From an uncultured Rhodospirillaceae bacterium (GTDB taxonomy: Bacteria; Pseudomonadota; Alphaproteobacteria; Rhodospirillales; UBA2165), in the NCBI GenBank assembly GCA_964611435.1, contig CAZSXT010000005.1, forward strand, positions 88,290 to 152,289: a stretch of DNA of 64,000 bases, read 5' to 3'. The position numbers were made by a program, and so were the translations under genes. The first letter of the stretch is position 1. Each line of letters opens with the position of its first letter. Below the pieces are notes generated by a model that worked only from the letters and a program-made list of their open reading frames with translations, was not told where the DNA came from and ran no database searches. Shown here in pieces: positions 56,106 to 64,000 of the stretch.

Positions 56106-57074
56106 CTATTTCTTGGCCTTGGACTGATACATCCCGGCCTTTTTCATGATGCTGACGATATTGGCATTGGCCTTGGCCAACTTGGCACCGAACTCTTTCT
56201 GGCCCATCGGCTTCAGAGTCAGCTTAAGCTTTTTCATCCGGCTCGAGAACGCCTTGGAGTCGGCCGCCTTGATCATGGCTGCTTCCAGCTTGTCCTTGAT
56301 GTCCTGCGGGGTGCCTTTGGCGACCGACAGGCCACGAAACAGATCAAATTCCATATCCATGCCGAGCTCCTTGGTGGTCGGCACGTTCGGCGCAGCAGGA
56401 TCGCGGGTGCCGCTGGAGATTGCCAGGAATTTCATCTTGCCGGATTTCACGAACTTGAGCGGCACGAAGAAGATATCAACCGCGGCGTCGGTTTCACCAC
56501 TGAGGATCATCTTGCGGCGATCCGGGGCCTTCACCGGCAGCATGATCGGTGTGCAACCAGACAACTGGCTCATGGCGACTCCGGCCAAATGGGTGGCGCT
56601 GCCGAAACCGGCAAACGCGATCTTCAGGGACTTCGGCTTTGCTTTGCACTCGTCCATGAAGTCCTTGAGGGTGTTCCAGCGGGCGTCCCCTTTGACCACG
56701 AACGGCACCGGTTGTTCGGCGACTTGGCCGATATGATCCAGGGCGGTGTAATCGAATGGCACGTTGCCGATGTTGGTGGTCGTCAAGATGGACGTGGAGT
56801 TCCACGCGATGGTGTATCCGTCCGGCTTGGAGTTTTTGACATAGGTGTAGGTGATGGCGCCGCCGCCACCCGGCTTGTTGACCGGCACAACGGGCTGGCC
56901 CAGTTCGGCGCTCATGGCCTTGGCGATCATCCGGCCTTCGATATCGGCGCCGCCGCCGGCGCCAAACGGAATAACAAACTCAATGGATTTTTCCGGCCAG
57001 GCGGCATTGGCCTGTCCGGCCATCATCAGCGCGGCTGCTGCCGTACCGAGAACGGTGGTTTTCAGAAGTTTCAT
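56106..57074 (-). CDS. tctC: Bug/TctC-family periplasmic substrate-binding protein
   Basis: 322-aa ORF with a signal peptide (MKLLKTTVLGTAAAALMMAGQANA) and the Bug-family start WPEKSIEFVIPFGAGGGAD. Confidence 0.9.
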   Translation of the reverse strand: MKLLKTTVLGTAAAALMMAGQANAAWPEKSIEFVIPFGAGGGADIEGRMIAKAMSAELGQPVVPVNKPGGGGAITYTYVKNSKPDGYTIAWNSTSILTTTNIGNVPFDYTALDHIGQVAEQPVPFVVKGDARWNTLKDFMDECKAKPKSLKIAFAGFGSATHLAGVAMSQLSGCTPIMLPVKAPDRRKMILSGETDAAVDIFFVPLKFVKSGKMKFLAISSGTRDPAAPNVPTTKELGMDMEFDLFRGLSVAKGTPQDIKDKLEAAMIKAADSKAFSSRMKKLKLTLKPMGQKEFGAKLAKANANIVSIMKKAGMYQSKAKK

Positions 57075-57145
57075 TTTGGTTCTCCCTGTTGGAAAGGTCT
57101 TCGCTTAGGACCTTGTGGCAAGTTTTAAATTAATCGCAAATTGAA

Positions 57146-57589
57146 TCAACCTTCATAGCTTGCGCCGATGGCTTCGACGGCGGCCTGGGCGATATCCTGG
57201 TCCTGCTGCCAGTCGCCGCCGCTGACGCCGATGCCGCCCACGCATTCCCCTTCGACGAAAATCGGAAAGCCGCCTTCCATGGCGGTCCATCGTTCTGGCC
57301 CGGCGGCCAGTGTCAGGCCAATGGCGTGGAGCGTATCCAGGTCCTGGCCCTGCGCGCCACGGGTCGTGGTCGGACGTCGGTTGGACGATGAGGACACGGC
57401 CTTTGCGGTTGACGAGTGCACGGTGTGGAACCGGCCGCCATCCATGCGTTCCAGCAGCAGCATGTGCCCGCCGGCGTCGACGATGGCAACCGTCGCCGGG
57501 ATGCCGATCTCCTCCGCCTTGGCGATCGCGGCGGTCATCATCTTCTTGGCGCCGGCATTGGTTAGGCGTGTGGCTTTGGCAAAATCCAT
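57146..57589 (-). CDS. GlcG/HbpS-like (DUF336) protein
   Basis: 147-aa ORF with VAIVDAGGHMLLLERMDG and the C-terminal GGIGVSGG, typical of DUF336. Confidence 0.82.
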   Translation of the reverse strand: MDFAKATRLTNAGAKKMMTAAIAKAEEIGIPATVAIVDAGGHMLLLERMDGGRFHTVHSSTAKAVSSSSNRRPTTTRGAQGQDLDTLHAIGLTLAAGPERWTAMEGGFPIFVEGECVGGIGVSGGDWQQDQDIAQAAVEAIGASYEG

Positions 57590-57678
57590 TGTGCTCTCCC
57601 TCGTGCCGAAATCCGGCGACTTTAATCAGTGTTGAATTTTCCGCAGTCATACACCAGAGCCATATTTGAATCAACAAA

Positions 57679-57713
57679 TTTTACAATATCATAATACTTT
57701 TCATATTATAAAA
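57679..57713. promoter_or_regulatory. AT-rich inverted repeat TTTTACAATAT-N13-ATATTATAAAA (candidate IclR operator / divergent promoter)
   Basis: The arms at 57679..57689 and 57703..57713 match in 10 of 11 positions. The repeat lies 23 bp upstream of the IclR-family gene and about 90 bp upstream of the divergent glcG-tctCBA unit. Confidence 0.4.
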
Positions 57714-57735
57714 ACTAGCTTACCGTCTTCTCACC

Positions 57736-58533
57736 ATGGCAAACCAATCGAACCGCACCACGCGGAGCATCCAGTCGGTGTCCCGCGCCCTGGATATTCT
57801 GGAAGTCCTCTCCGCCTCCGGTGAGGAGACCACCCTTGGCGAGATCGCTGAGGCGACCGGACTCAATGTTTCCACCTGCCATCATATTCTTCTGACACTG
57901 ATGAACCGGGGATATGTAGGGCAGAATAAGCGAGGGGCGGGCTATTATCTGGGGTCCAGGTTTTTGTCCCTATCGTCTAGCGATTTGCGCCGCACAAGTC
58001 TGGTGGAACTAGCCATGCCGGAATTGAGAGCCCTCAATCATGCAACGCAGGAGAATGTGCATCTTGCGGTCATGCAGGGAACTGATCTGGAAATTCTGGC
58101 GGGGATCGAGTCCCCGCTCGCCGTGCGGGTGCATACCGACGTCATTGATTTCTCCACCGCCGCTCATGCGACGGCAATTGGCAAATCCATACTCGCTTGG
58201 CTGCCGGATTCAGAAATCGCCAACATTATGGCGGAAAAAGGCTTGGCCCGTTTTACCGCTAACACCATCACCAATCCCGCAGAGTTGATGGAGGCGCTTC
58301 GTCTGGTTCGGCGCTACGGTTTTGCCTTTGACCGGGAAGAGTTGTTACCCGGTGTGGCGTGCGTCGGCACCGCTATTCGCGACAACGCCGGCACTGTTTT
58401 AGGCTCCATCAGTTGTACGTTGCCCCAGTCCCGGGCCACGGAGGCGGCCATCGAGATGATTAAGGAACAAGTTATTGCATGCGTGTCGGTGCTGGGCGAA
58501 AAGCTAAGCTTGTCTCAGGGGCAAGCGGCATAG
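57736..58533 (+). CDS. IclR-family transcriptional regulator
   Basis: 265-aa ORF with an N-terminal winged HTH (SVSRALDILEVLSASGEETTLGEIAEATGLNVSTCHHIL) and a C-terminal IclR effector domain. Confidence 0.9.
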   Translation: MANQSNRTTRSIQSVSRALDILEVLSASGEETTLGEIAEATGLNVSTCHHILLTLMNRGYVGQNKRGAGYYLGSRFLSLSSSDLRRTSLVELAMPELRALNHATQENVHLAVMQGTDLEILAGIESPLAVRVHTDVIDFSTAAHATAIGKSILAWLPDSEIANIMAEKGLARFTANTITNPAELMEALRLVRRYGFAFDREELLPGVACVGTAIRDNAGTVLGSISCTLPQSRATEAAIEMIKEQVIACVSVLGEKLSLSQGQAA

Positions 58534-58721
58534 GTCGAGGATCGGCCGAACAGGAATAAATTTGGGTGATTATCCACAGATTTCTCGATTTTTCCCCAGG
58601 ATTAGCGTATTGTTCAGGAAATTTATACAATATATAGTGATACTACCGCGTGTCAGGTGGTGTCTTTAAGCGTGTGCGGTTTTGCGCATAAGGCAGTGAG
58701 CGGCAACAGGGGAATATATTT

Positions 58722-60083
58722 ATGATGCCGATCGGCAGACTCCAAACTTGGAAACGAACCGGGGTTCTGGTTCTTGCCATAGTCGCCCTGTCAGGGTGTG
58801 ATCTTCTCAGCAATGCGCGATTTATGGATCGCTTTAAACGCACGCCTCAGCCGGTTGCCAGCACGCCGTTCTCGGAACAGGGCCTCGGCAAACTTGCCAA
58901 GGGAGAACTGCTGCAGGCGCAAGCGCTGTTTGATCAGGCGCTGCAGAATAATCCCCGAGACGTGCATGCGCTTTTGGGTAAGGGCTTTGTGTTCCAACAG
59001 ACGGGGCAATTGACGCAGGCACGCGCCGCCTATGAAGCCGTGTTGGCGTTGCGGCCGGGCCCGTCCGAGAAACTAATCGTCTTTAACAATCTACAACCCC
59101 AGTCGGTGCAGGAACTGGCTGGGCTGAACCTGGCGCTGCTCCAAAGCCGGGGCGTCTCCTCGTCGCTGACCGGGGAGCAGGCCGATCCAAATGCGCGCCA
59201 ACAACAGTCCGGCATGATGGCGCCGGCCCGTCCGCCGGCCGCCATGGCGCAACCCATGTCGCCAAATATGTCACGCGCCGAACCGGCCGTTGCCCTGAAC
59301 GAAACCGACTCGAATATCGTGGAACGGTTCGAGACCTTGGCAAAGCTGCGGGATGAAGGGCTCGTCACCCACGACGAATTCAATGAACGCCGAAAGGCGA
59401 ATATAGGGGCGCTGTTGAACTACACCATGCCACCGGGGGCGGCGGGTCTGGACCGGGCCGTGCCGTCGGCCACGCAGATCACGCAGCGCCTGCGCGCCAT
59501 CGGCCGGGCGTTGGAGCTTCGCGCCATCACGGTGCGCCAGCACAGCGCTGAACGGACAATGATTGTCGATGGTTTGATGCCGTCCAATCCGCCCAACCGG
59601 ACGAACCAGAAACCAAGGCCCACGTCTCTGTTGGATGCGGCGGCTGAATTGCGCCGGGTGGAGACGTTGCAGGAACGGGGCCTGATTACGCCGGAGGAAG
59701 CGGCCAAGGAAAAGGCGGCAATCGAAGAACCGTTTAAGGCCAAAGCGCCGCCGCCGCCGAAAGAACAGCCGACGCAGTTGGCCAAGTCTGACGCTGCACC
59801 GCAAGCTGCTGCGCCGGTAGGTCCGCAACCGGCCGTGCATATTGCCTCTTTCCGTTCCCGCCAGGCGGCGGACCGCGGTTGGGCGCAGTTAAAGCGCGCC
59901 CACCGGGCTCTGGTCGGTAACTTCAGGTCCGAGATCACCCGGGTGAACCTGGGCCGGGGCAAGGGCGTGTTTTATCGTCTGGTCGTCGGCCCGGCGAAAA
60001 GCCAGGCGGATGCACAGCGTATTTGCACGACCCTCAAACGCCGCCGGCAATACTGTGAGCCGGCCTTCATGGCGGGTGGGTAG
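58722..60083 (+). CDS. lipoprotein with TPR, two SHOCT-like motifs and a C-terminal SPOR domain
   Basis: 453-aa ORF with the lipobox LAIVALSGC. A TPR-like segment (AQALFDQALQNNPRDVHALLGKGFVFQQTGQL) is followed by two SHOCT-like units (LAKLRDEGLVTHDEFNERR, VETLQERGLITPEEAAKEK). The SPOR-like C-terminus reads VHIASFRSRQAADRGWAQL...VFYRLVVGP. Confidence 0.82.
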   Translation: MMPIGRLQTWKRTGVLVLAIVALSGCDLLSNARFMDRFKRTPQPVASTPFSEQGLGKLAKGELLQAQALFDQALQNNPRDVHALLGKGFVFQQTGQLTQARAAYEAVLALRPGPSEKLIVFNNLQPQSVQELAGLNLALLQSRGVSSSLTGEQADPNARQQQSGMMAPARPPAAMAQPMSPNMSRAEPAVALNETDSNIVERFETLAKLRDEGLVTHDEFNERRKANIGALLNYTMPPGAAGLDRAVPSATQITQRLRAIGRALELRAITVRQHSAERTMIVDGLMPSNPPNRTNQKPRPTSLLDAAAELRRVETLQERGLITPEEAAKEKAAIEEPFKAKAPPPPKEQPTQLAKSDAAPQAAAPVGPQPAVHIASFRSRQAADRGWAQLKRAHRALVGNFRSEITRVNLGRGKGVFYRLVVGPAKSQADAQRICTTLKRRRQYCEPAFMAGG

Positions 60084-60156
60084 TTCCAGCTACAGTTAAT
60101 GTTAGTCATGCGCGGACCGGCCGTTAGGCCGTGATCAGCGTACCCATTTTATCAAA

Positions 60157-60226
60157 CACGAACCTCACAAAGGACACGAAGGCATTGGAGCCAATGTGAC
60201 CTTCGTGAACTTGGTGCTCATTGTGG
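60157..60226 (+). repeat. intergenic repeat, module 1, copy A (CACGAAG/CTTCGTG palindromic unit)
   Basis: The sequence is cacgaacctcacaaaggacacgaagg-cattggagccaatg-tgaccttcgtgaacttggtgctcattgtgg. It shares CACAA(A)GGACACGAAG, TTGGAGCCAA, GTGAACTT(C/G)GTGCT and TTGTGG with 62972..63043. Confidence 0.8.
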
Positions 60227-60374
60227 CTATTCAATTTTTCTTTTGCCGCGCCTAAATGCGTCGCCCCCGAGTTGGGCTCATTTTTAATGAGGCCAAGTCT
60301 CGGGGGTCCATGGGCATTAGTTGCATGGTTCCCCGACAATCGCTTCGCGAGTCGGGGATGACGCAGAAGGGTGA

Positions 60375-60408
60375 GCGGGGGAAGGTGGCTCGAAGGGCCG
60401 GATGGGGG
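60375..60408 (+). repeat. intergenic repeat, module 2, copy A
   Basis: gcgggggaaggtggctcgaagggccggatggggg is nearly identical to 63184..63218. Confidence 0.8.
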
Positions 60409-60419
60409 ATAGTCGTCGC

Positions 60420-61625
60420 TTACCCAACCACCTCCGCATCCTTGAGCGCTGCAATCCGCTCTCCGTCATAGCCTAAATCCTCGAGCACCTCCCGCGTGTG
60501 CTGACCTAAAGCAGGAGCAGGGGCGTTCGGTAATTCGGGTGCTTCCGACAGGAAGAGGGGCGAGCGGGCAAATTCAAACTCACCAACTTCCGGATCATCG
60601 ATGGGCATCAGCAAACCGCGCGCTTGGACATGTGGATCGGCAAACACGTCTTCGGCCCGGTTGACCGGACCGGTGGGCACGCCGATCTCGTTCAGCGTGT
60701 TGACCGCATCCTCCCGGGTCATGGCCGACAGCCAGTCATCGATGATCGGTTGGATATAGCCGGCGTTGGCGGCGCGCGCCGTGCCGTCCTTGCAGCGCTC
60801 GTCGGCGATCATGTCAGGCCGGTCCATGGCGGTGCAGAGCCGCTCCCAGATAATATTGTCGGGCACGTTGAGCGCGATGTAGCCGTCGTTGCATTGGAAC
60901 GCGCCCCGGGGGAATAGGTTCTTCGGCACGCCGCGGCGCGGCGATTGTCCGGCCACGGAGTGCAGGGCCACCATCGCCTCGTTGAGGGACAGCATATTGT
61001 CGAACATGGCCGAATCGACAAGCTGGCCACGACCGGTGCGTTCCCGCATGAACAGCGCCTGCATGATCCCGTAGGACGTGACCATGCCCGTATAAACGTC
61101 AGCCATGCCGTAGATTGTCCAGGAGGGCGGCTTATCGTCAAAGCCCACCTGATGCATGATGCCGCTCATGGCTTCGGCCACGATGTCGAACGCCGGCCGG
61201 TCGCTGTAGGGGCCACGATAGCCTTCCAGCTGTCCGAAGCCGGAGATCAGCGCCCAGATGAGCTTTGAGTGATCCGGGCTCAATGCCTCATAGGTAAGTC
61301 CGATTTTCCTCATGGCGCCGGGGCGTAGGTTCTCGACCACCACGTCGGCCGTGTTGATCAGATCGCGCAGCACCTCTTGGCCCTCGGGTTTTTGCAGGTC
61401 GAGGGCGAGGCTCTTCTTGTTGCGGTTATAGCCCATGAAGCCGGCGGCTTTTTTGACGCCGTCTTTTTCGGCGAAGGGCGGCATGGCCCGGCGCGGATCG
61501 CCCCGGCCCGGCCGTTCGATCTTGATGACCTCCGCGCCCGCATCGGCCAGCAGCATCGTGCAGTAAGGCCCGGCCATATATTGTTCCAGGCCGATCACCC
61601 GGATGCCGTTGAGAGGGCGGGTCAT
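60420..61625 (-). CDS. family III (CaiB/BaiF) CoA-transferase
   Basis: 401-aa ORF. The N-terminus LNGIRVIGLEQYMAGPYCTMLLADAGAEVIKIERP is characteristic of the family. Confidence 0.9.
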   Translation of the reverse strand: MTRPLNGIRVIGLEQYMAGPYCTMLLADAGAEVIKIERPGRGDPRRAMPPFAEKDGVKKAAGFMGYNRNKKSLALDLQKPEGQEVLRDLINTADVVVENLRPGAMRKIGLTYEALSPDHSKLIWALISGFGQLEGYRGPYSDRPAFDIVAEAMSGIMHQVGFDDKPPSWTIYGMADVYTGMVTSYGIMQALFMRERTGRGQLVDSAMFDNMLSLNEAMVALHSVAGQSPRRGVPKNLFPRGAFQCNDGYIALNVPDNIIWERLCTAMDRPDMIADERCKDGTARAANAGYIQPIIDDWLSAMTREDAVNTLNEIGVPTGPVNRAEDVFADPHVQARGLLMPIDDPEVGEFEFARSPLFLSEAPELPNAPAPALGQHTREVLEDLGYDGERIAALKDAEVVG

Positions 61626-61635
61626 CTAGATGCTC

Positions 61636-62883
61636 CTAATCGCCGATCCATTCGACAAGCGTGCTCTCGCCCATGCCGACGCCGACGCAGAGCGTGGCCA
61701 GGCCATAGAATGGACGGGGCATGTCGGCGGCCCGGCGTTTCATCTCGTGCATCAAGGTCACCAGAATGCGCGCGCCGGAACACCCCGTCGGATGGCCCAG
61801 CGCAATCGCGCCGCCGTTGACGTTGGTGTTGTCGTGGCTGAGGCCCAGCCGGCGCATGCAGCCGATGGCCTGGGCCGCGAAGGCCTCGTTGAGTTCCACC
61901 AGGCCGATGTCCTCGATTTTGAGGTTAAATCGGTCGAGCAGTTTCTCCGTCGCGGGCACCGGGCCATAGCCGAAATAGCGAGGGTCCGTTCCGGCGGAGG
62001 CTGAGCCCATCCAGCGCAACAGCGGCTTCTTGCCCATCGCCTCGGCCTTTTCCCGGCTGCACATGAGAAGCGCCGCCGCCCCGTCGTTGATGCCGCTGGA
62101 ATTGCCGGCGGTGACCGAGCCGTCTTTCTTGAACGCCGGGCGCAGCTTACCCAGGTCGTCCATGGAAATTGCCAAGTCCAGGTGTCCGTTGCTCCGCGTG
62201 TAGCGGGGATGTTCGTCCGTATCGATCAGGATCGGATCGCCCCGGCGTTGCGGCACGCCAACCGGGATGATCTCGTCCGTGAACTTACCGGCGTTGATCG
62301 CGGCAATGGCCCGGGTATGACTTTCGAGCGCAAAGGCGTCTTGTTCCTCCCGGCTGATCTGCATTTCTTCCGCAATCAATTCCGCACCCTCGCCCAGGGA
62401 AATGATCGGATACATCTCGTCCAGTTTCGGGTTTTCGAAGCGCCAGCCGACGGTGGTGTCATAGACTTTGGGCGGCGCGGTGGTCGGGGTCTTGTCCGGC
62501 TTAGGCATGGACCAGGGCGCGCGACTCATGCTTTCGACGCCACTGCCGATATAGAGCGAGCCTTCGTCGGAGAGGACGGAGCGGGCCGCCAGGTTGACCG
62601 CGCCCAAGGCCGACGAACAGTTCCGGTTCACCGTGATGCCCGGCACCTCCTGCGGAAAGCCTGCCAGCAGGAGCGACATGCGGGCGACATCCCGGTTGTC
62701 TTCCCCGGCCTGATTGCCGCAGCCGGCGAACACCTCGTCCAGTTCCGCCGGATCGATGCCGGTGCGTTCGGCCAGCGCTTTATATGTATAGGACAACAGA
62801 TCGTCCGGGCGAACCGACGACAGCCCGCCGCCATATTTGCCGATGGGGGTCCGCACCCCGTCGATGATCACAACCTCGGTCAT
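61636..62883 (-). CDS. acetyl-CoA C-acyltransferase (thiolase)
   Basis: 415-aa ORF with the N-terminus [16 protein letters not shown], the nucleophile Cys in NRNCSSAL, and the C-terminal [18 protein letters not shown]. Confidence 0.93.
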   Translation of the reverse strand: MTEVVIIDGVRTPIGKYGGGLSSVRPDDLLSYTYKALAERTGIDPAELDEVFAGCGNQAGEDNRDVARMSLLLAGFPQEVPGITVNRNCSSALGAVNLAARSVLSDEGSLYIGSGVESMSRAPWSMPKPDKTPTTAPPKVYDTTVGWRFENPKLDEMYPIISLGEGAELIAEEMQISREEQDAFALESHTRAIAAINAGKFTDEIIPVGVPQRRGDPILIDTDEHPRYTRSNGHLDLAISMDDLGKLRPAFKKDGSVTAGNSSGINDGAAALLMCSREKAEAMGKKPLLRWMGSASAGTDPRYFGYGPVPATEKLLDRFNLKIEDIGLVELNEAFAAQAIGCMRRLGLSHDNTNVNGGAIALGHPTGCSGARILVTLMHEMKRRAADMPRPFYGLATLCVGVGMGESTLVEWIGD

Positions 62884-62971
62884 GGGAGTCTCTCCGTTTG
62901 TGTTTCCCGGAGAGTATTAAATGAGACGGGGCGGGGAAAGTTTTTAGGTGGGCATACGGATCATGTTTTAA

Positions 62972-63043
62972 CCACGAAGGTCACAAGGACACGAAGATAG
63001 TTGGAGCCAACTGTTGTCTTAGTGAACTTCGTGCTTTGTGGTG
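62972..63043 (+). repeat. intergenic repeat, module 1, copy B
   Basis: The sequence is ccacgaaggtcacaaggacacgaag-atagttggagccaactg-ttgtcttagtgaacttcgtgctttgtggtg. It has the same orientation and module order as copy A. Confidence 0.8.
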
Positions 63044-63183
63044 AATATTTTTGACGGTCACGCGCGGGCTTGATCCGCGTACACCCCCACCCGCGTTGTC
63101 CGTCTCCGCCGGACTCCGCACCCTCCCCCGTAACGGGGGAGGGGAATTAGCTGCGGACTTGCATTAGATTGCCTTCCCCCCTC

Positions 63184-63218
63184 GCGGGGGAAGGTGGCCT
63201 GAAGGGCCGGATGGGGGG
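63184..63218 (+). repeat. intergenic repeat, module 2, copy B
   Basis: cgcgggggaaggtggcctgaagggccggatgggggg. Its 5' part forms the 3' arm of a perfect 9-bp hairpin (63172..63194). Confidence 0.8.
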
Positions 63219-63227
63219 CGGAGAGAA

Positions 63228-63250
63228 ATGCGCGGGGCAAGCCCGCGCAT
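63228..63250 (-). terminator. candidate terminator hairpin downstream of the lipoprotein gene
   Basis: ATGCGCGGG-gcaag-CCCGCGCAT forms a 9-bp perfect stem 21 nt after the minus-strand stop at 63271. On the - strand it is followed by TTCTCTCC, which is T/C-rich but not a clean U-tract. Confidence 0.35.
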
Positions 63251-63270
63251 GACGCTCACTTATGCTCGCG

Positions 63271-63825
63271 TCACTTAGGGGGCAGGGACGCTTCCGGCTC
63301 CATCATCACCGCCGGCTGATTAAACGCCGTTGGCATGGAGGCGGGCTGGGCCACCGGCTGCGGGACCGGGCTGCCGCCCTTGGGCGAAACGGTCATGTCG
63401 ACCAGCGCCTTGTCCAAGTTAAGCGGCGTGCCAGGCTGTATTTGGATGGTCATCACCCGGTCGTCCCGGCCGTAGGTCATGAAGCTGGTGGCCGCACGAA
63501 CCGAAGCGATTTCTTGCCAGCCATAATCCGGCATGCGTTGTTTGAAGAAGTCAAAGATGCGGGCGGCGTGGGTGCTGCTTTGGATGGAGAGCCGGCCGAT
63601 CCAGCCCTGGGGCGCGCCAAAGACCACGGTCCTATCCATATCCATTTTGGATTCACCGGGAATCGGGACGTCAGTAAACTCGGCAAAGTTCTGTTGTTTG
63701 ACCGGCTGACCGTCATTGCGGCTGACCGGCGTCGGGTCCAGTCCGACCGATTGAACACAACCACTCAAAATAACGAGAAGGCTCGCACCAACGAGTGCGC
63801 CGGCTTTGCGTGACCGAATCCACAT
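63271..63825 (-). CDS. lipoprotein of unknown function
   Basis: ORF 63271..63969. The ATG at 63825 follows GGGGGA and gives MWIRSRKAGALVGASLLVILSGC with the lipobox LSGC. The C-terminal tail is Pro/Gln-rich. Confidence 0.7.
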   Translation of the reverse strand: MWIRSRKAGALVGASLLVILSGCVQSVGLDPTPVSRNDGQPVKQQNFAEFTDVPIPGESKMDMDRTVVFGAPQGWIGRLSIQSSTHAARIFDFFKQRMPDYGWQEIASVRAATSFMTYGRDDRVMTIQIQPGTPLNLDKALVDMTVSPKGGSPVPQPVAQPASMPTAFNQPAVMMEPEASLPPK

Positions 63826-64000
63826 CTTGCTAATCCCCCGGAATTCCGTTCCGACTCGCGTCGAAAGCCTAGACATCGGGCCGGAATTCGCTATATGATC
63901 ATAGGTATGGACGCCCGGTTTTCCGGGCGAACCAGGGTAGGATGATCGCCTTTCGTAAAAAAAGTGCAAAATTTTTAAAAAAAGTGCGATTCATCGTTTG

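Noticed and set aside
58570-58578. Perfect DnaA-box consensus TTATCCACA upstream of the SPOR lipoprotein gene.
   Set aside because: It is a single 9-mer with no cluster of boxes, no adjacent AT-rich unwinding element, and none of the genes that usually flank an alphaproteobacterial origin. Chance occurrence or a minor regulatory site is more likely than an origin.
60124-60339. ORFs 60124..60339 (71 aa), 60256..60471 (71 aa) and 63058..63240 (60 aa) in the repeat regions.
   Set aside because: They are translations of the intergenic repeat modules and GC hairpins. They have no RBS, and the 'proteins' consist of repeat-derived strings (e.g. PHPALQATFPREGG).
60157-63218. Possibility that the repeated modules are a CRISPR array.
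   Set aside because: There are only two copies, separated by 2.8 kb containing two ordinary metabolic genes. The repeats are long and composite rather than 24-48 bp units with short unique spacers, and no cas genes are present.

Overview
This 64-kb chromosomal segment reads as alphaproteobacterial, judging by gene content and synteny. It is moderately GC-rich, tightly packed, and full of GC-driven shadow ORFs. Positions 1-32 kb are core housekeeping: an aminotransferase, RNase E with a long upstream region, an AmiC-like amidase, PBP1A, prfB with its programmed +1 frameshift, a DUF455 gene coupled to glnE, a giant AsmA/YhdP-like protein, and divergent tyrS/anmK. This is followed by a 17-gene co-directional Fe-S/sulfur array: cysE-iscR-nifS-iscS-sufBCDSU-sufT-sufA-fdx-tenA-mnmA-cupin. 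A tRNA-Met(CAT) at 32.6 kb marks the switch to accessory-looking content. First comes an oxygenase-rich cluster with a nucleophile-less alpha/beta-hydrolase and a YHYH gene interrupted by one in-frame TAA. Next is an orphan OmpR-type regulator divergent from a hypothetical gene and a DUF2336 gene, then a translationally coupled MlaC-Sel1 pair. After that come an aryl-CoA monooxygenase/reductase fusion with beta-oxidation-type genes, a TctCBA tripartite tricarboxylate transporter (TTT) locus under an IclR regulator, and a SPOR/SHOCT/TPR lipoprotein. The window ends with a thiolase/CoA-transferase pair bracketed by two copies of a composite intergenic repeat. I see no transposase, integrase, phage, CRISPR or recognisable defence genes, and I cannot demonstrate a single clearly novel system. 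The best candidates for undescribed biology are the 33.6-42.3 kb oxygenase cluster, the 42.3-46.4 kb regulator/hypothetical/DUF2336/Sel1/MlaC block, and the repeat-bracketed two-gene module. All family calls come from motifs read in the translations; no database search was possible.
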